Source: Candidatus Rokuibacteriota bacterium (GTDB lineage: Bacteria; Methylomirabilota; Methylomirabilia; Rokubacteriales; JACOUJ01). From it: DNA of 38,386 nucleotides. The notes under the pieces were generated by a model. The model ran no database searches and had not been told where the DNA came from. It worked only from the letters and a program-made list of their open reading frames with translations. Both the position numbers and the translations under genes were made by a program. Where the stretch lies: NCBI GenBank assembly GCA_016177865.1, contig JACOUJ010000239.1, positions 1-38,386 on the forward strand, written 5' to 3'. This document shows positions 34,713-38,386 of the stretch, one piece after another. Numbering within the stretch: the stretch's first letter is position 1; every line of letters begins with the position of its first letter.

Positions 34713-35750
34713 CTACAGCGCCATCCGATACCACGCGAGCTTCAGCGCGAAAGTCGGGACGTCATGTTCCCACGGTTGCCCTCGCCGGAGTTCCCACGGC
34801 GATGTCCTTCGAGTGTTGATGCCGAAGCGCGCGCTGACCGCGCACGTGAACCCCGCCTCGCGGACCAGGCGCACTACTGCCGCGGTGTAGTCTCCGGATT
34901 GCCCGTTTGGGTAGGCAAAAGCGCGAGGCCTGTGGCCGCACGCTGACTCGATCATCGCGCGGGAGCCCTCGATCTCCGACCGAACCCGCTCGAGGCTGAC
35001 GCGCGAGAGGATCGGGTGGTTCACCGTGTGGGCACCGATGGCGAACCCCAGCCCCATCAGAGCGTGAACATCGTCCCAACCGAGCATGAGGCCCTTAAAG
35101 TTCCGCTGCTCCGTTACCCCGAGACTTTCGAGCAACCCGTCCACAGTGCGCCGCAGCTCTTCGTCCTGAAGGCGCTTGAGCGCGTCGAGCGTTCGCTGAA
35201 GGCCGCGGACTCGGTCTCCGTCACTAGCCAGGCTCATCGTTTCGCCCCACGGTGTGGCGATGAACGTGGCCTTCGTCAGCTTGAACGCCATCGCGAGCCG
35301 ATCGAACCACGGAACCTCGGCGGTACCGATGAAGCCCGTTGCGAGGAACACGCTGGCGGGCGCTCGGTATTTCGTCAGGATCGGTGCGACATGCGTCAAG
35401 ACATCCCGATAGCCGTCATCGAAAGTGATCGCGAGAGCGTTTCGCGGGAGTCCGCCACTGCGCATCCGCTCCACCAGTTCTTCCAAGATGAGCACGCGGT
35501 AGGTGCGAGCGACGAAGCGCATCTGCCGCTCGAAAACCTCGGTCGGGACCGACGGGAAGAATGGGTCACGATTATCATCGACTCGGTGGTACACGAGGAT
35601 CGGGAAAGCCGGATACCGGCGATACGACAATCCTCCCGGACCTCCTAAAGCCGCATAGTCTGAAAATCTCGACAGGCCGCCGACCGCTCCCGATTTGTAG
35701 AGTCCGGCGGCCAAAGCTCGAACGATGGTCGCTCGCGCCCGGCCTCTCAT
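34713..35750 (-). CDS. polysaccharide deacetylase (NodB homology domain, CE4)
   Basis: Start at MRGRARATIV (ATG 35750-35748, sharing 1 nt with the upstream TGA). NodB motifs are ITFDDGYRD (Asp-Asp) and IGAHTVNHP (H-x-x-x-H metal ligands). Confidence 0.85.
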   Translation of the reverse strand: MRGRARATIVRALAAGLYKSGAVGGLSRFSDYAALGGPGGLSYRRYPAFPILVYHRVDDNRDPFFPSVPTEVFERQMRFVARTYRVLILEELVERMRSGGLPRNALAITFDDGYRDVLTHVAPILTKYRAPASVFLATGFIGTAEVPWFDRLAMAFKLTKATFIATPWGETMSLASDGDRVRGLQRTLDALKRLQDEELRRTVDGLLESLGVTEQRNFKGLMLGWDDVHALMGLGFAIGAHTVNHPILSRVSLERVRSEIEGSRAMIESACGHRPRAFAYPNGQSGDYTAAVVRLVREAGFTCAVSARFGINTRRTSPWELRRGQPWEHDVPTFALKLAWYRMAL

Positions 35751-37606
35751 CAGACACCCACTCCATTCGCGTGCTGACGGTGCCAGAGCTCGAGCATCAA
35801 CAGTATCCACAGGAGGCTTCCGTAGTATGGTGTGCCATCGGCTTCGTGTAGCCGCACGAGGTCGCGAATGCCCTCCTGCCGGAGATATTTCTGCACGTGG
35901 GCGCCCGGTGAGAGCAGGCTCTCACGAAGGAGCTGGCGGAACCCGGGATCACTCTTGAGCCACGCGCTCACGGGCACGCCAAAACCGTGTTTGCGTTTGG
36001 CGAGGACTTCGGCGGGTATGAGGTTTCGGAAAGCGCGTTTGAAGAGATACCGCTTCTCGAAGCGCCTGACTTTGTAGCACGCCGGCAGGGTGCCGGTGAA
36101 CTCCGCCAACAAATGATCAAGCATGGGGAACCGGACATCAATTCCCGCGAGCTCGGCCGCGCGCGTCACCTTCAAGAGGTCGCCGTCCCCGATGGTCAAC
36201 TTCAAGTCCAGGTAGAGCAGTCGGTTCAGCTCACTGGTCGCTTGCGCCGAGTCTAAATGCTGCTGGGCGACCTTCCAGGGGGCCTCGCGATCCACCATCC
36301 GGGCAAACTCGGGCGTGAGGAGCCGGAAGCCATCCTGGCCCATGAAGAACTCATGGAAGTAGAACCGGCGGGGGGTTGGGAGATTGGCCCGGTGCACATA
36401 GCGCTGAGCCCGGCCGAGCAGGGAAGCGTCCCCATCGGGGAGCCAGGCTAACAGTGGCTCGAGAATTGAACGCCGGAGCCCGCCGGGAATCCGCTGGTAC
36501 GCCACAAGGATCCGATCCGTCCGGTAACGCTCGTTGCCCCCGAACAGCTCATCACCCCCGTCCCCACCCAGCAACCGAGTCATCCCGCGGTCGCGAGCCA
36601 GTTGCGCGCACGCATACGTCGCGACCGACGAGTCGTTTCCGAACGGCTCGTCATGCGCCTCAATGAGGCGCGGCAATGTGGACAGGGCCCTTTCCGGGGT
36701 GAGTATCGCGGTCCCGTGCGCCGCGGCAAAGTGCCGGGCCGTCAGCGTGGCGTAGTGGAGCTCGTTGTAGCGAGGCTCCCGGAAGCCGATCGAGAACGCG
36801 TGGACGCGCTCTCCGGTTGTCTTCGTCATGAGACCGACGATAGTGCTGCTGTCGGTCCCACCGCTCAGGAAGGCGCCGGTCTCCTTTGCCGCAGCTCCGT
36901 GGAGGGACACGGCCACCGCATCTTCGACCATTCGAAATGTCGCGGCGGCCGCCTCACGGACTCCGACTGGCCGTTCGGGATACGCCAGATCCCAATAGCG
37001 CGCGATCGTCGGCTCCGCGTTCCGGAGCACGAGGGTGTGGCCGGGCGGAAGCCGCCGAACTCGGGCAAAGGCTGAGTAGGGGGCGGGGACGAAGCCGAAG
37101 TTCAGGTATTGGTACACCGCCGTGGGATCGACTTCGGCCGACAGTTCTGGCAGTGCGAGAAGGGGGCTCGGCCGGGATGCGAAGGTAAAGCCTTCCGGGG
37201 TCCTCACGTAGTAGAGCCGCTTGACCCCGAAGCGGTCGACCGCCAGCAGAAGCCGATGGAACCGACGGTCCCAGAGGGCCAGGGCAAAGGCCCCCCGGAG
37301 CCTCGCGATGAAGGCGGGGCCGTACGTTCTATAGAGCGTCGTCAGGAGCCTGTCCGAGCGGCCATCGCCACGAGCGGCCAGGGCGTGCAGTTCTGGCAGG
37401 TTTGTGAGATCCAGGTCGGCGAGCGCCCAGACCCGCTCCGTCAAATCCAAACCTCCTGGCTCGATGCACGAGAAGAACCCGACATGCCCTCGACTGGCGC
37501 ACACCGGCTGCCGCACGCCGGCAATCCGGCGCGCCATAGCTTGCAAGAGAGAGTCCGGCGCCGGTCGTGCGGGATCGCGGAAGACGACACCGCCGATTAG
37601 ACGCAT
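35750..37606 (-). CDS. asparagine synthase-family protein, paralog 3, lacking the N-terminal Cys nucleophile (synthetase/PP-loop domain intact)
   Basis: The N-terminus is MRLIGGVVFRDP (residue 2 is Arg, codon 37601-37603) where paralogs 1 and 2 have MCGIAG. There is no HRGPD motif. The PP-loop LSGGTDSSTIV and the C-terminal domain are conserved. An alternative ATG at 37630 also yields no Cys. Confidence 0.8.
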   Translation of the reverse strand: MRLIGGVVFRDPARPAPDSLLQAMARRIAGVRQPVCASRGHVGFFSCIEPGGLDLTERVWALADLDLTNLPELHALAARGDGRSDRLLTTLYRTYGPAFIARLRGAFALALWDRRFHRLLLAVDRFGVKRLYYVRTPEGFTFASRPSPLLALPELSAEVDPTAVYQYLNFGFVPAPYSAFARVRRLPPGHTLVLRNAEPTIARYWDLAYPERPVGVREAAAATFRMVEDAVAVSLHGAAAKETGAFLSGGTDSSTIVGLMTKTTGERVHAFSIGFREPRYNELHYATLTARHFAAAHGTAILTPERALSTLPRLIEAHDEPFGNDSSVATYACAQLARDRGMTRLLGGDGGDELFGGNERYRTDRILVAYQRIPGGLRRSILEPLLAWLPDGDASLLGRAQRYVHRANLPTPRRFYFHEFFMGQDGFRLLTPEFARMVDREAPWKVAQQHLDSAQATSELNRLLYLDLKLTIGDGDLLKVTRAAELAGIDVRFPMLDHLLAEFTGTLPACYKVRRFEKRYLFKRAFRNLIPAEVLAKRKHGFGVPVSAWLKSDPGFRQLLRESLLSPGAHVQKYLRQEGIRDLVRLHEADGTPYYGSLLWILLMLELWHRQHANGVGV

Positions 37607-38386
37607 GCCGCTCTCGCGCGAGCCCGCCACCGCCGCAGGAGCGGAATCAGCCGAGTCTCGATTGAGTGGAGAAAGCGCCCGTACGGCGTGGCAGCGTACA
37701 CCTCAAGCCAGACGGACTCCCGCGCACCGGTCGCCCACCGGAGCTTGTACGTATTGCCCCCCGGGCCCATGTCGTACTCGCCCACGTCGCGCCGATCAAA
37801 GATGGATTGCATGATCCGGAGATTCAGGACGGCTCCGGGCGAAAGGCTCGCAAGCGCGGCATCGAAATCAGCACGCAACGCGTGCAGCCGGCCGTTGGAC
37901 CGGATCTGGTACTCGGTGGCCACGGCGCGCCCGTCCAGCCGAAGGATCCAGAGATGCAGCCAGCCGTTCGCGCTAGCACGCTGTGTGAGCTCCCGGAAAA
38001 ACCTGGGCATCCCGAGCATCGTCGCCATGCCCACTCCCCGCGGGCCCTTCCAGCTTTGCCGCGAGACTTCCATGACCTCGGCAAAAACCGGTCCCTCCGG
38101 GTCAACCTCGCGGTACTCCTCTACCGCCACCATCCCGCTCTTTCCGAGTCGGTTCTCGATATTTCGGCAGGTCTTCCTGAAGCGTTGGGTTTTGTGGCGG
38201 AAGAAGTCTCCCCAGGTTCCGGCGATCTCTACGTACGGCGACTGCTCACGGCCGGCCACCCGCCACAGCAGCCGACCGGGAAGGGCCGCCTCGAGCGCCT
38301 GCAGCGTCGCCGAGTCCCCCGGAAGCTTTCGGAGCGAAAGCACGTCCCAGTCCGAGCGGGCTCGCAACGCCTCCAGAAGAGCCACG
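37597..38386 (-). CDS. CelD/BcsL-like GNAT (Acetyltransf_6, FemAB-like fold) protein; 5' end beyond the window
   Basis: The open frame runs to the window edge (codon phase ends at 38385). Supporting sequence: ...FFRHKTQRFRKTCRNIENRL..., LDGRAVATEYQIRSNGRLHALRADFDAALASLSPGAVL and YDMGPGGNTYKLRWA, which are typical of CelD-like GNATs. Confidence 0.7.
   Translation of the reverse strand, partial: VALLEALRARSDWDVLSLRKLPGDSATLQALEAALPGRLLWRVAGREQSPYVEIAGTWGDFFRHKTQRFRKTCRNIENRLGKSGMVAVEEYREVDPEGPVFAEVMEVSRQSWKGPRGVGMATMLGMPRFFRELTQRASANGWLHLWILRLDGRAVATEYQIRSNGRLHALRADFDAALASLSPGAVLNLRIMQSIFDRRDVGEYDMGPGGNTYKLRWATGARESVWLEVYAATPYGRFLHSIETRLIPLLRRWRARARAACV

Noticed and set aside
1-38386. Mobile elements, CRISPR arrays, tRNA/rRNA genes, defence systems
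   Set aside because: I saw no transposase, integrase or recombinase-like ORF, no regularly spaced repeats and no RNA-gene-like conserved segments. Every substantial ORF is explained by glycan-biosynthesis or regulatory functions, or by the unknown secreted module.

Overview
GC-rich bacterial window. All 38.4 kb is one co-directional, minus-strand array of 33 protein-coding genes with almost no intergenic space. I saw no rRNA, tRNA, CRISPR array, transposase or integrase. All long plus-strand ORFs in the track look like antisense artefacts of high GC: they are Arg/Pro/Gly-rich and lie opposite well-supported genes.

The locus is a PEP-CTERM/exosortase-type extracellular glycan locus. On the coding strand (high to low coordinates) it reads:
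- CelD-like GNAT (5' partial), a Cys-less AsnB paralog, and a CE4 deacetylase.
- A zinc-ribbon methyltransferase.
- A short SxtJ-like protein, a NodU/CmcH carbamoyltransferase, and a 56-aa DUF5989/SxtK-like peptide that is missing from the ORF track.
- Two membrane-anchored SGNH hydrolases.
- Wzm and Wzt (ABC exporter, Wzt with a C-terminal extension).
- A GT2, a 182-bp gap, then two GT4 genes.
- Three secreted proteins of unknown function: a small helical protein, a 7-repeat putative beta-propeller, and a double Kelch propeller.
- An exosortase-associated O-antigen-ligase-like protein.
- AsnB, GT4, methyltransferase, AsnB, methyltransferase, then two GT4 genes.
- A QW-motif alpha/alpha toroid protein, a CapK/PaaK-like adenylating enzyme, a formyltransferase and a FemAB-like protein.
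- prsK, exosortase, epsI, and prsR (3' partial).

The parts I consider most likely to be undescribed biology:
- The translationally coupled three-gene secreted module at 19013-23054.
- The FemAB / formyltransferase / CapK / QW-toroid block at 4567-8904.
- The glutaminase-dead AsnB coupled to a CelD-like GNAT and a deacetylase at 34713-38386.
- The combination of an ABC (Wzm/Wzt-C) export route with a Wzy_C-type ligase inside an exosortase locus.

All family assignments come from motif recognition by eye. No searches were run.
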